Below, piece by piece: positions 35,501 to 47,672 of a stretch of DNA of 64,000 nucleotides. Source of the stretch: Takakia lepidozioides (lineage: Eukaryota > Plantae > Bryophyta). Every line of letters starts with the position of its first letter. Positions within the stretch are counted from its first letter, which is position 1. The stretch is from NCBI GenBank assembly GCA_030704615.1, contig CM060734.1, positions 56,296,001-56,360,000 on the forward strand. The letters are read 5' to 3'. A program made the position numbers and the translations under genes. The notes below the pieces were generated by a model, which was not told the origin of the DNA, did no database searches, and saw nothing but the letters and a program-made list of their open reading frames with translations.

Positions 35501-38500
35501 TTCTACATTATGCATGAAAATTTCAGTCATCCAAAAGATAACAAACCCCTTGTAAAAACAGGAAGTAGAGAATCGCACATTGTCATCACATCGATCTTGC
35601 AGGTAATGATAGTATTCATAGGAGCCCTCTATCAAACTTGTCCGGCCTCCTACAACTGCTTCCCACGCACGCCAGCAAACACGTACATCAGACTTGTCAA
35701 ACAATCTCCACAAGTATTAATGAACAAATGAAAACTTCACATTTGAATCTACTGAAGTGACAAAAAAGGGGTTGTTTCTTGACTGGAACTTCTTACCAAT
35801 GGCAGGGCTTGACAGTACCGACCCTCATTGAAGCATGATAATTTGAAGTGTGGTACACAAAAACTTGCACCCATACATCTTGAATGTTCCTTAAACTATG
35901 ATACTAATACTCTGCAATACCTTACGTTTGGACAAGTATGAAGAAACACAGTATGCTTTTCATCAAATTATCACTGACCGCCAGAGCTAGGTAGACCAAA
36001 ATGGACATCAATAAGCCGCCTTCCTCCTGCATCCACATCCTAGCACCCATCATCAGATGCAAACCGAGATGTAGAACATGACCGCTTCGAAGACCGGGAC
36101 AAGTAAGGACAAACATACCCTGGATGCACCAGTAAACGCACAAGATTGCGAATAATTTTCATGCAGACAAACCTACCCGCAGGCTGACTAATAGTGGAGT
36201 CTGACTTTGTCAATGTCAACGTATTTGCAACACGAAGCATGGGATGATCCAATGGCAAGCCAAGCCTGCGATGTAATGCTCTTCTTACTTCCACTGCAAA
36301 AACCCAATCCAAAATCATACTCACTGGCCACAAGCTCAAAACTTGACAATGCAACCTACACACAAAACAAACAGCGCACTTACCCTATACACCAAGCTCA
36401 GAGGAAAACAAACTTCTGGGTTTTACATGTTAAGGAAGGCACGTGCATTTAGTAAAGCTCTGAAAGGACATAACTGACAACAATTACACCACATCATATA
36501 ACCTGTAGTAGAAAGATTGGCACCCCATCACTTTCTCAGTTTGCTTTCAGTTGCATAAGAGCTTACCAAGCCCACTCTCGGTTTCACCATAGCTAAGGTC
36601 ATAAATAGTTGTAATGGGACAGCTCAAAGGACAGAAGTGGAATGCGCAGACCTGCATGCAGTGACACAAGTGCCGATTGGCTTTGCATACTTTGCATATT
36701 CTATTATGCTTTCATGATTCAAGCAGGAAGTCGCAAAACGCTTCCACTACAGAGCATACTACACCTTGCAATTGCCATAATCTATGGAACAAAGATGGCT
36801 GGCTTATTAACAGGCATGCAAACGAACAGCAAAAGATCTATTCCGGGATCCCCATGCACAACAAGAGTTAAGCACACCCTCCCCCCAAACGTTTTTCTTA
36901 AGAACAGTAGGAGCATACCAAGTACCTTGGCCTTATGGGCAGCATTGCTGATAACCATCTTGCCCATGGCATTCAGCTGGTCACATACAGCAGGTACGAC
37001 AAACAAGGTGGCGGCATCCACCAGAGGCGTATTACCAGGCACTAGGCACAACACATCGACGCTCAACCTCAACATCTGCAACACCACTGAACTCCTGGCT
37101 GCACCATGGATACCCTCACATCCAATTCAGTGATGAAGAATCGTTACTCTAACCCCAGTCTAGATGTGCTTTGCTCCTGGACACTCCACAGCAAAATACA
37201 AAGAATCTATTGGGCAGACTATGCCTTGCCGGGGTGTGATGGCAGCTCATACTTCAAAATATAGACGGGCTTCCCACAGAACAAACTTGTCATTTCCCAC
37301 TGTTGAAGAAGGTACATGGACTAGACACGCTTTAGCGAGCAGAATCATGTGGGTCGACTGTACAACAAGATGAGAGCAGTGGAAATACCAGGCAAGTACT
37401 GTATAAAAGGGGCTGCCTTGTTGCTACAAGAAGGCTGCATTGCAACAGTGACCTTCACCGGCACTGGAATCTGCACAGGGCAAGTCATGGTAAGTCCATC
37501 TCCTAAAGATTTGTTGATTCATTAGTCAAAAAGAAAGCACTAAGATGCCATTTCACTGAAGGAGGAAATATGAGCTTGACACTTAATCCTTCAGGGAAGG
37601 GGCTACTAAGGGTATGTATAACTAACATATCCAGCTAATTACTCCACCCGCATAGTTACCGGGAAGTCACTTATAATGCTGGCCCAACTATAAATGATCG
37701 AGGTACCCGGACCTTGTTGTTCACCATTAGCTCTTGAGATGATCAGGACTGAGATGAAATGGAGTGGCATGAGAAGATTCACATGCACTGAAAATCGACT
37801 AGAAATGCATGGACAACCTGGGCAATGTGAAAGTCGATGCATACATGTTCAAACATACTACTACTATTTATCACGGATATGAACCAAACCTGAAATCCTG
37901 TTGGAGATAGAATGAGACCCTCAGGCGAGCTGACACTAGAGCAAAGATGTGTCTGCTGAATTCCTGCCTTATCGGAAGGTTGTACCAAAATTGTTCCTTG
38001 TGGTCCTTCAGCCATAAACACTGCCCTGCTGCTTGTCAAATCTCTTGTAATGGTGTCAACTGCCCCCATGACACGCTCCTCATACTCTAAGCCAAAGGAT
38101 CAACCATGTGGCAATTGGTCAGAAAGAACAATGTAGCTTGATTGCCAACACCCAGAGAGATGGAAAGTTAGATGTGCAAATTCAACTAATAACACCGACC
38201 GTCAGCAGTACCTGATGCAGCCAAAGAGATGGCAATAAGCACAATGGCCCACCCACTTCAAGTACTCGGCAGAACTTTTGCAATGCTGGTAATTCCGGAT
38301 CTTCCAGCCAACCGACATCAATGCTTACCATCTCACCAATGATCAGCATCCATGCAGGTGCCAAACCACAAGTCTAACCTAACCGAAGACAGAGAGAAAG
38401 AGAATATACTCATAAGACTTTGGTCACTGTAGGCTTGTGTTCTGAGAGAAAGAGATTGTACTCATAAGACGTTGTTTTCCGTAGCCTTGTGGCCATTGAC

Positions 38501-39794
38501 CCCGCACCCAGTTTGAGCGGAAGCAAAGGGACAGAACCTACCTCTGTCAGGGGCTGACGTTGGTAGTAAGACTTACCTTCATATATAGAATTAATCCGGG
38601 TTTTCCAGATATCCTCTAGAAATCCCTTCACACAAGCATCAATCTGCTGTGTGTGATTTGCCCAAAAACTAGGCCTCAGGAGGGCCTGGGCTTTTGGCTC
38701 AGCCTCGAGACTTTCAAAGTCGGTAAACAGAGGTACAGGCACAAATCCCTTGATAGATTTGAAGAGAGCGTCTCTTTGGTGAGAGAACCCCGGACAGTGC
38801 ATCAGAAAATGAATACTGTCTTCAGGTTGCCCACACAACGGGCAATTGCACTCTCCCTTTCCTCTCTGCTTCTGTTTGCTGTTCAAAGGTAGGCTTCCTG
38901 CCCTGAGTTTAAATTTCAGTCTAGTGCCGAGAGTGGGTAGACCCTTGAGGTCATCCAAGATGTCCTCCCCCATGTCACTGACTAGAAACAAGTTCAGGGA
39001 AGTTTTCTGCCTAACTTCATTTTCATCAGACAATCTCATGGCAACAGACATGGCTTTGGACACTACAGAGAAAGAGATTGAGTGGGAGAGACTGGAAGGC
39101 CATAAGGCTCATGCAGAAGTAGTACCTGAAGAGGTTGGTGATGAAGGCAAGTACAGAGGCATGCTCAACTGCATCTGACAGCGTACAAGGGTTGTGTCTT
39201 TCCAAACACCCTCCTGCAGATTATCCACAGAAAGTGTTCGCAGGCCGTGCATGTTACCAGGATCATACCAGCTGTACTGCACGCTTTCAATTCTTCTTGG
39301 CGTGGCAAACCCAGCGATCAACCCACCAGTACTGTCAGCTGAAGGTATCAGCTGACGTCGCATATCCACAGCAAACTTTCCCGCCTTTCTAGTACCTCCT
39401 GCAGCATCATCTTCATCCTTATTCACAACAATGGCACCCACAACTTCCAGACCCCTGGGCAGTAGCACTCGCAGTTCATCTGCGGCAAGGCACACTTCTG
39501 TCAGGTTGCATGGTCCCGTTTCAGTTCCGAAACCTTCATATGTATGCGATAACTACAGTACTGCTTCGGCCATTATACAAAGATACAAAGTTATCCTCGA
39601 TGGTGAAAAAGAGAAGTGTGTGCCGGCTTACCAGCTTCCGCAGCCAAATCTGGCTCCAAGTCACTTGCATTGTATTGCAGACAACGAAGGGCTGAAAGTA
39701 TAGTGAAAGGCATCGTAGCCAGTCCCAGCAGCCATGTCACTCCAATCTCTTCCTGCACTTTCACACTGCCCAGCACTCGCACATTGCCAGCCAT
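32593..39794 (-). CDS. UFSP2: UFM1-specific protease (peptidase C78, UfSP2-like), multi-exon
   Basis: YEYYHYLQD, catalytic [16 protein letters not shown] (~35285-35200), [28 protein letters not shown]|[10 protein letters not shown] and ILDPHY. The N-terminal ODR4-like region reads [14 protein letters not shown]. Confidence 0.94.
33374..34120 (-). mobile_element. Degraded LINE 3' fragment in the last UFSP intron
   Basis: [22 protein letters not shown] zinc-knuckle-like C-terminal motif with broken frames upstream. Confidence 0.6.
34304..34538. repeat. Diverged intronic tandem duplication (~110 bp x2)
   Basis: GTCACCCTACATAGCC...ATGGATCATTAACATGCTCCTT...CACAGATATG occurs twice. Confidence 0.85.
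38470..39063 (-). mobile_element. 5'-truncated LINE (RTE/RTEX-like ORF2 C-terminus) in UFSP intron 2
   Basis: Open frame [31 protein letters not shown] (CCHC) ...FLEDIWKTR, lying between UFSP exons. Confidence 0.8.
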
Positions 39795-40115
39795 TCTTTG
39801 TAAAGCTCCCTTAAAATGGCTCTACCTCTTTCTTTAGAGCTTAATTCAAGAAAGTATCTTCATTTTCAAGCTGGGACACAAGAGCTGACTGAAATCTGCA
39901 CACTTGATTCAGGTGAATATCATCTGCCTTTCTCAATCAATCTCCTGAGAATTGGAACTCAGATTGGGGCCGAACAAGGTGAATGGGCGGAGTTACAAGC
40001 TGGCAGCGGAAGTGTTCATGATACACTCTCTGCGCGGATTTTAGGTCTTCATCCATCTATCCTGTTCTATTCATCCATCCACTAAGTATAAACAAAGAGG
40101 GGGGAGGCCTTCATG

Positions 40116-40584
40116 TCTCATACCTCTTGTGCCTTCGAAATGGACTCCAGCGCTGCCCACAAGGACGCCCTCGTTGTTGCATTGACAAAGGCATTGGAGA
40201 TTGTTGCATCGTTCGATACTATCCTCCAAAGGGCCTCCGATGTGATCGCATCTATGGATGTGAGACTGAAGATGGCTTCCCAGGAGTTAGTGTCGTTCCA
40301 AAGTGCATCCAAACAACTTGAAGTCATCGTCTCTTTGCAAGTTTGGGAGAACTCCACAAGAGGTCCCTCATTCGAATGCGAAGAATGATGTTGGCTCAAG
40401 GGGCAGGAGGGGTGCTTGAACACCACCTCCTGCTCCCGCGACCCCTGTAAAGGGCTTTGCAAAACAAAAAAAAAACAATAAGGGTCCTTTTGGACCCACC
40501 CACGCGGTCTGGGATAAATTAGGGTTTGAAAAATGGAAGGTCAGAAGTGAAGCTTTACTCATGGGATGGTTCCGTGCTCATTAT
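40116..40584 (+). repeat. Copy 2 of the 470-bp dispersed unit (ORF 40140-40388)
   Basis: Inverted near-identical copy of 7681-8150, with TATAAA at about 40087. Confidence 0.9.
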
Positions 40585-41341
40585 AATGCAGAGAGAACCT
40601 GCCTAAAGAGAAGTGTCTTAACATTCCGCATATGGGTCATAGAGAACGCTGCGGGGTGGGGGATCTAGACCTGTGCAGGCTCCATATTTCCTGTTTGAAG
40701 CACACTGCGTCTGCCCCAGAGAGAATGTGCGATCGCTGAAAGAAAGAGAAGGGAAGGAACTAGTTGAGGCGAGAGGACGGTGGTGTGTTGAGGGCTGGCA
40801 CTGGGTCTTGCCCGTAATATTTGATGAGGTGCTGTTTCGACGAGTATAGGAGAGTACTAAGTCGATGAGGTCGACCTTCTGTTTTAGCTCAGACCCACAG
40901 AAAATTCTGACCTGCGCCTGTGAGAGCGTACTGTGTCTCAAAATCTCTACTCATGATCGCTTGGATCATTTTCACCAGCCGTTGAGTATGCCGAAATGCT
41001 CGATCATTTCGCCAGTGCAAGTCTGTCGTCTTCCAAATTTCCTTTCAGGTCTTGCAATTACCGTCTCGTGACTTCCAAAGCCTGGAAGCCCTCCAGCAGT
41101 GTTCCTTTCCCAGTTGTGTTCAGCTCAAGATGCAAATGGTACTGATCGATGGGGTTGCAAGTGAGTTAGACACTTGGGAAGATGTGGGGCCAGGAAGAAG
41201 GCCCCCGCTCACTTCTTCGTACAACCCCTCAAGCAGTGATGGTGAGGAGACGTGTCGAAGACACCCCTCTCTCTGAATCAACCAAGAAATCCTCTGGTAA
41301 GTCCCTTGATTTTGGGATTGGTAGTACATCTTGTTAGGTTC

Positions 41342-41640
41342 TTGTTAGGTTCGTGTTTATGTTTCGATGCGGATCCAAATGTTCACCAAGAGTTTACAAC
41401 GTTTAGAATGTACTCATAGGACATCCGTATAGAGACCGATTCTTAGCAAAGAGTAGGTGAAAGAGGCAGCGTTATATTGATCGAACTGTCGAGCATCCGG
41501 GGAAACAGGTAGGTGGAGGTAGATTGCCTACAGGTCCTTATATACTAAACGGTCGTTCCGTTCCGAAGTCCCTATAGATACGGTTTCAGCAAGTTACAGC
41601 GATTTCAGCACATGGTGGGTGATATAAATGGGATATGACA
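41342..41640. mobile_element. Possible LTR remnant
   Basis: TGTTA...TGACA termini about 300 bp apart and a TATA-like motif on the minus strand. No TSD or PBS was found. Confidence 0.35.
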
Positions 41641-44338
41641 ATTGTTTACACTGGTCCTGACTCAGGTCCCAGGAGCCACCAATAGCAATCATCCTCCTCT
41701 CTCGCACTGGGGCTTCTTTCTTGTTTATGTGCATTTTGGTCTGTCAGATTTGAGCATAGTTCACAAGGAAATGGCAGGAATGGCAGGGACTATTGTGTTC
41801 ATGCTGCTCGTAGTCTCCTCTCTTTCTGGAGAGATGGTGTCCTTAGTTTAGAGGCATGCCACTGGTCACTCTTTGAGGAACATGAGTGTAGATAAGCAGA
41901 CAAGCAGGGTTGGCAAGTGCAGATAACCCAGGAAGTGCGAAGCCCTGAGTAGTTAATGAGCAGATGTTAAGAAGCTGTATACATTTTGACGAGTGGAACA
42001 GACTGGCTGCTAAGAGTCATTTTCTGGGATTTGAGAATTGTCTTGCCATTCCTTCCAAAAGGGATAACCTGCTCCATGGAAATAGCTTCTCTACGACTCC
42101 AAATCTAATTGATGCACCGGAATTCAATAAAATTCAGTATTGGGGTTTTGTATGAGATTGTCCCAGCTCAGATGAGCTTGATTGTTGAATTCATGGACAG
42201 TGAATAGATCACATTCTGGAGCAGATCAGCAGCAGGCTGCATGATTGCTTGCTCCTTCCATCCCCTTTATCCAAGAAATCAGTTCAACACTACACACTTG
42301 TCTTTGTCCTGCTCTGCACAGGCCACCAATGTTATTCAAGTTTACAGCAGGGACAAAGCCTTCGCCGTGAGCACAGTCCCTGATGTCCAGACATCCTTCA
42401 GACTTTGACCTCAGTGCCTGCCAGTTCACCCCATCGCATCCAGTCCTGTACTGCTGTTCTGAAGTATCTCACATTTTTAGTTCAGAAGCATTGCATCTAC
42501 CTGCACCACTGTCACTCCCACTACTGTTCTATTCCCAACCAATCCCCGCACTTCTGTTCACCAACTTTGAAAAACTTGAGGCTGAGCCTAAAGTCCTGAC
42601 CCTGTTGGGGTCTAACTGCTGGACAGCTCACACAGCAAGTTGATGCTCCTGAAGGGCTTTCTAGAGCATATCTGGAAAATCCAAACTAATTGTCTCTATC
42701 AAGGTAAGTAACACCACCAGAGTGAGCTCCTCACAAAGGTGGTACCTGTTCCTTTTAGTTCGGCCCAAACTGGGCGCGGGGTCTATGGCCCTCTACATTC
42801 TATTGCCAACCAAGACCGACCGGCCCTTATATCTAGGAATAGTCTGTATACGAAAATGAACACCCAATAGTGCTTAGGCTTTCCAATTGCAAACCTGGGA
42901 AGAACTGTCACAGCGGGAAGGGTTGGTTATGGAGAGCCAACAAGGCCCTTTCATTTTCTTCATGACTGCAAATTCACACAGCAGCCGCAAACCAAAGTAA
43001 TGCCACATTCAGCACCCTGGTTCTTTTTGGAGGTATGTAGAGCCAGATCAGGGGGTTTCATGAGCGTTGTTCGAATTTCTTTTCGAGATCCATCGATAGC
43101 AATATGAAGTCGGCATGGAAAATAGGAGTTAGGATGTCTGAGGCCTAGTAGCACAGGTGCATGCAACTACGGCGCCCGGACTGGCAACACGCTCTTCTGG
43201 CCTCTCACTTAAAGCAGCATCACTATCAGCTTCTAAATGGGTTGATTCATCGCATGGGTAATTTTGGGGTGTGTCCTGAGCTGAATTCCGCAACATCAGT
43301 ATGGTTTTCTCCTGAAAGTACCTCGAAAGTACACACATCAAACTATGGTCCTGAACAATAGAGCAACTCCTGAATATAACAAAGGCCCAACAACAACAGC
43401 TACTGATGGAAAGAACGCAGCTAATGGCAGCCAGGGAAGAGCATACCAAGTAAGATACACAGTGGTCGTGAACCTGATGCTCTCAGGTTGACCCCACTTT
43501 TGTCATTTCGCATGCGCCTTCCTAGAGAAGGGAGGCCGGAAGCAGAAGTGAACATTCTTGACACGCGCTGCCTCCCTATGCGCGCCTCTGCAGCTGATAG
43601 TGCTGCAGTTTTCTACTAGGCGGATCCTTTTTCGCATCTGCCACATTGTGCAGAATAGTGAAGAATCAATGCAATGTCGGGCTGTCCATCCCATGAACGA
43701 ATACAGACCGTAGTAAGACTCCCCTCCTTGCTAGCATGTAGTTTCCATATTGTAAAATGGCCACTACAAATCTACTGGAATTCTGGCGGTTGCCAGGACG
43801 GCGTAGTCCACTTCAGAGACAGTATTATATACTTCAGCTGAAAAGAATCTATCCGGGCCCTTGCTGCTTCAGATTTAGCTTAGGACGCTGCTTGCCCCCT
43901 CGTGTCCCATTTTCATTAGTTCTCGGCAGCCGTCTCTCACTTTGAAGAGTTGGGTTAATTCCTTGGCATGTGGTGATTTCATGCTTGAAGGTTTTCATTA
44001 CAGTCCACTTTTGTCATTCCCTTTACTTCCTTCATTATTAGAAGGAGACATCGCTATTGTAGCATCGCTTCCTAAGATTGCATGCTAGGAAATGTGGTTG
44101 GACAATGATGTATGTTGTGGCACGATACTTAAGTGCACAACAAACCAATAGACTTAAGAAATACACAATGTAGCAGGTTTTTTTTATTTGTTTTTACAAA
44201 AATAAAAAAAATTGCATGGTGCCACGTGATGAGCGATGTACAACATAGTGCCTGGATGAAGACACTACATTTTTGGAGTCGTGGTCATGACTTTTCAAAG
44301 ACGTATAATCATATGTGTAATTTGTTTCTCATTTTAGA

Positions 44339-44756
44339 TTAATTGGGTCTTAAAGTTAAAGTCTCATGTATGTGAGGCAGCGGGCCCAACGCACGGACGT
44401 CGGGGCGTCCTGCAACCACCACCCGGCTGGTCTACTCGCGGGTATGGTCGTCTTTTTTTGTAAAACTTGTAAATTAGACCCGCAACCTCGCAAATACTAT
44501 TCAATGCGCCCAACCACCACACTACCTGCTATTTGCTGCTACGCCATCAAGTTTTTAATCCCTTATCCAGATAAAAGCTTGAAGTCAGCCCCACCGTGGC
44601 CTAGGAGGATGGACCCACCTTTGCAAGGGGATCCAGTAGACCCTACCGCATTGGGCCCGGGTAACATACCCACCTCATTGGACCCGGGCCAGGGAGGGGT
44701 CGCGAGAGAGCCACCCCGCAGCTCATACTAGCCGCGAGACTTTAAGACCCAATTAA
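44339..44756. mobile_element. MITE with an 18-bp perfect terminal inverted repeat
   Basis: TTAATTGGGTCTTAAAGT (44339-44356) and ACTTTAAGACCCAATTAA (44739-44756) bound a GC-rich interior within AT-rich flanks. Confidence 0.8.
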
Positions 44757-45817
44757 CTTTCAATGAGATAATCCATACTTCTTTGAGTCATGGTTTGCTC
44801 ATGAAAATTAGGACTTTAAAAAATATAAAGTGTCATAAAAACCGTGTTTTGGCGTACTGTATGTAAGACCCAACCATTCAGATACAATAAGTGTCGAGAA
44901 CAAATACATCCTCATTAAAACACGAACACTTGACAATTGTTTACGAACATGTTGTAGATCAATAAAATGATCTGACTAATTTCAACTAGAATATAATCAT
45001 TTATTCCTTGAAGACTAGACAAATTTGTATATAGATGTCATAAAAGAAACAATTTGAAATGAAGCTGATTATTATCTCTTCTACCTTCATTATCTCATAG
45101 TCGTTATGGCGCAAATCATATTTGATAGTTCTGTATCTTCATATTATATCTGGTTCAAAACTATGATGTTGAAGTTGTTGGGTTTCATTTCATAGAAACT
45201 TCATACCATATGTGGGCACAACAAACATATACTACATGTTGTCTTTGATATCCAAACCCTATTTATTAGTCATTCATCTTATCTAGGCTGCAACAAAATC
45301 ATCAAATGAAGTGGAAATTAATAAAACCATAGTCACACCTTTCTTTTTTGCATAGTCAAAAAGTTTTAATGTGTTTGTACAATCAAATAAAATAGTTTAT
45401 CACAATCTAATAAAACCTCAATCACACATTTTCTTCTTGTGATCTAAGTTTTTACTTTGCTCATTTAACTCTTTGACTCTATCAAGATTTTAGAAAAAAT
45501 ATTGTAGCAGAGAAAATGAAACACATTATGGATGAAAATGAATTTCATTAGCCATACGTAACTAGCCGCTTTTTCCATGGAGATGTCACCAGATTGCAAT
45601 AAGGTAAAAACGTTTGCTCCTTCATAAACAAATTTGAACAAAACTTGTCAGGCATGTGTATCCTTATAAAAATTTGTATATATCGAGGTAGCCATCTCGC
45701 AGGGAGTCGACCATGCGCACGAATGTAAATCTGCTCCTGATGTAGTTAAGAGGTTGACAGCGCACGTGTTGTCCAATTTGTCAGCGAGGTTTCACTTCTC
45801 ATAATACATGGATGTCA

Positions 45818-45863
45818 GCTCTTAGTTACGCCGGCTTTGGCCGGAGTCTTCTTCTTCTTCTTC
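45818..45863 (+). mobile_element. 46-bp extremely 5'-truncated LINE 3' end with a 13-bp TSD
   Basis: TACATGGATGTCA at 45805-45817 and 45864-45876 flanks GCTCTTAGTTACGCCGGCTTTGGCCGGAGT(CTT)n. The insert matches 53379-53415. Confidence 0.85.
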
Positions 45864-47672
45864 TACATGGATGTCATGATTGGCCCGTGCCTTTATACTT
45901 ATCATGTATTTTGCTTCTTAATATAAGTAATTTTTGCATCCATCCTAATTGTGGCAAAAGAGATGTCTCAAAATTGGAGACGAAGGATGGTGTTGGCTTA
46001 CCAACGCAATCACATTCTTGATGTGAATATGATGTCCGAATAATAGTACACATTTCAATATACAATTATTGATGAGTTAATCAATCATTCTTAAAACTAT
46101 GCTTTCAATATTTTAGATATGTGTTAATTAAATTTGTAGATATATGTAGCATATATATATATATATATATAATATAGTACATGACATTATAATACATATT
46201 ATATTATACACTACATTGTAGTACTATACTCATTGAAACTATATTCCACATTATAATGTAGTATTGGAAGTGGTCTACATGTACAAAGTACTAGAAAAAA
46301 TATTGCATACATAATTTGAACAGAATACTTGGAGTACTTCATATTTCAGAGTTCAATGCATTTATGCATTTGTCATCTGTTTTGGGTACAAGAGGATTTG
46401 AATACATGTTGAGAAAGGCATTTAAAATTTATATTACACACTATAGTGTAACTACTATGTATGTGTTTATTCATCATTTATTTTGGTAACATAAGCATCC
46501 AAGAAATTGTTTCATGCTTCTCCTACATATGCTGGAAGCTTTTCCCACATTATGCATTAGGGTAAGTGTATTTTGGTTTTCTTAATTTAGATATTTTTGT
46601 TACACAATATTTGTAAGATTTCACTCTTCAAAGCCTTCTAAAGCAGACACAAGATACATGAATGTGTTTACTCGTCATTTGTTTCGGGTAGAGTAGAATT
46701 TATGTGACATGTTGAGAAAGACCAATGACATTTGAGCAACGAAGCCATACCTACAAACATAGTTATGCTAGGTATACATGCACTTTTGTGATATCAAGTT
46801 CATTTTCAGAATGCAACTGTATTGTGCTGGAAATGATCGCCTAATTTTTTTTAAATCTTGTTTACTTACGATTGTTGATCGTGGTCCATTACATGTTCTA
46901 ACGTGTTCTTGGGAGGGCCAACCTTGAGGGATAGTGTATCCGCCATAAATCCCAGTAAGTTCAGCAAACCTCAAAGCTAAAACTTATGTGTACAGATGTG
47001 AGACCTAGATTTTAATATGCCACAGTGACTAGAAAATTTGGACCAAAAACACCCGGATATGAGTGACCTCGGATCCCAATGGCACCCCAGAAGAGCTCAT
47101 GCCCAATGAATGGATAGAATATACAACCAGCAATGGGAAGGACTAACAAGAGTGATGGTCTTGTTGTTACAATCACTCTCTTTGATGGACAGATGTTTGC
47201 CTTGGTCGATAATGATAACGATTTTGTCAACGGCATCATTCTTGATGGGCAAGGCAAGAAGATGGGCACAGTGTTCATCAATCTCTGATGGTATGTCTTT
47301 CCATTGTAGTTTCATATCTCCTGGATATGTCAACCAAATCATGTGTTAGATATTCTATATAATACTGTTGGGCAGGGTACAATTGAAGTTCATGTCAGAT
47401 ACATGAGGAAATGTGGCTCGACGTAATGGATGTGCCAACAATTTGATCTCATCTTCACGTGATAATGCGTCTACTTTTCTGTGCAGCTTATTTACATCAA
47501 CATCTCTGCTACATTTCATGGCTTCTAAAATCCCATGTCCTTGTCAATGCAACAGCGAGAGCGTCATTATTAGCAACACTCAAGCCCATTTCAAGAGCAC
47601 AAGAGATAATGAGATGGCAGTGTAGCTATATATACTAATGTGTGGTGCTCCTCTCTCCTTAGCGTGTATCAG

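Noticed and set aside
41640-43500. Possible degraded gene
   Set aside because: No motif or consistent exon chain could be supported by eye.
45818-45863. Helitron/Helentron terminus (hairpin plus CTAA on the minus strand)
   Set aside because: A 13-bp TSD and a match to the LINE 3' tail indicate retrotransposition; Helitrons make no TSD.
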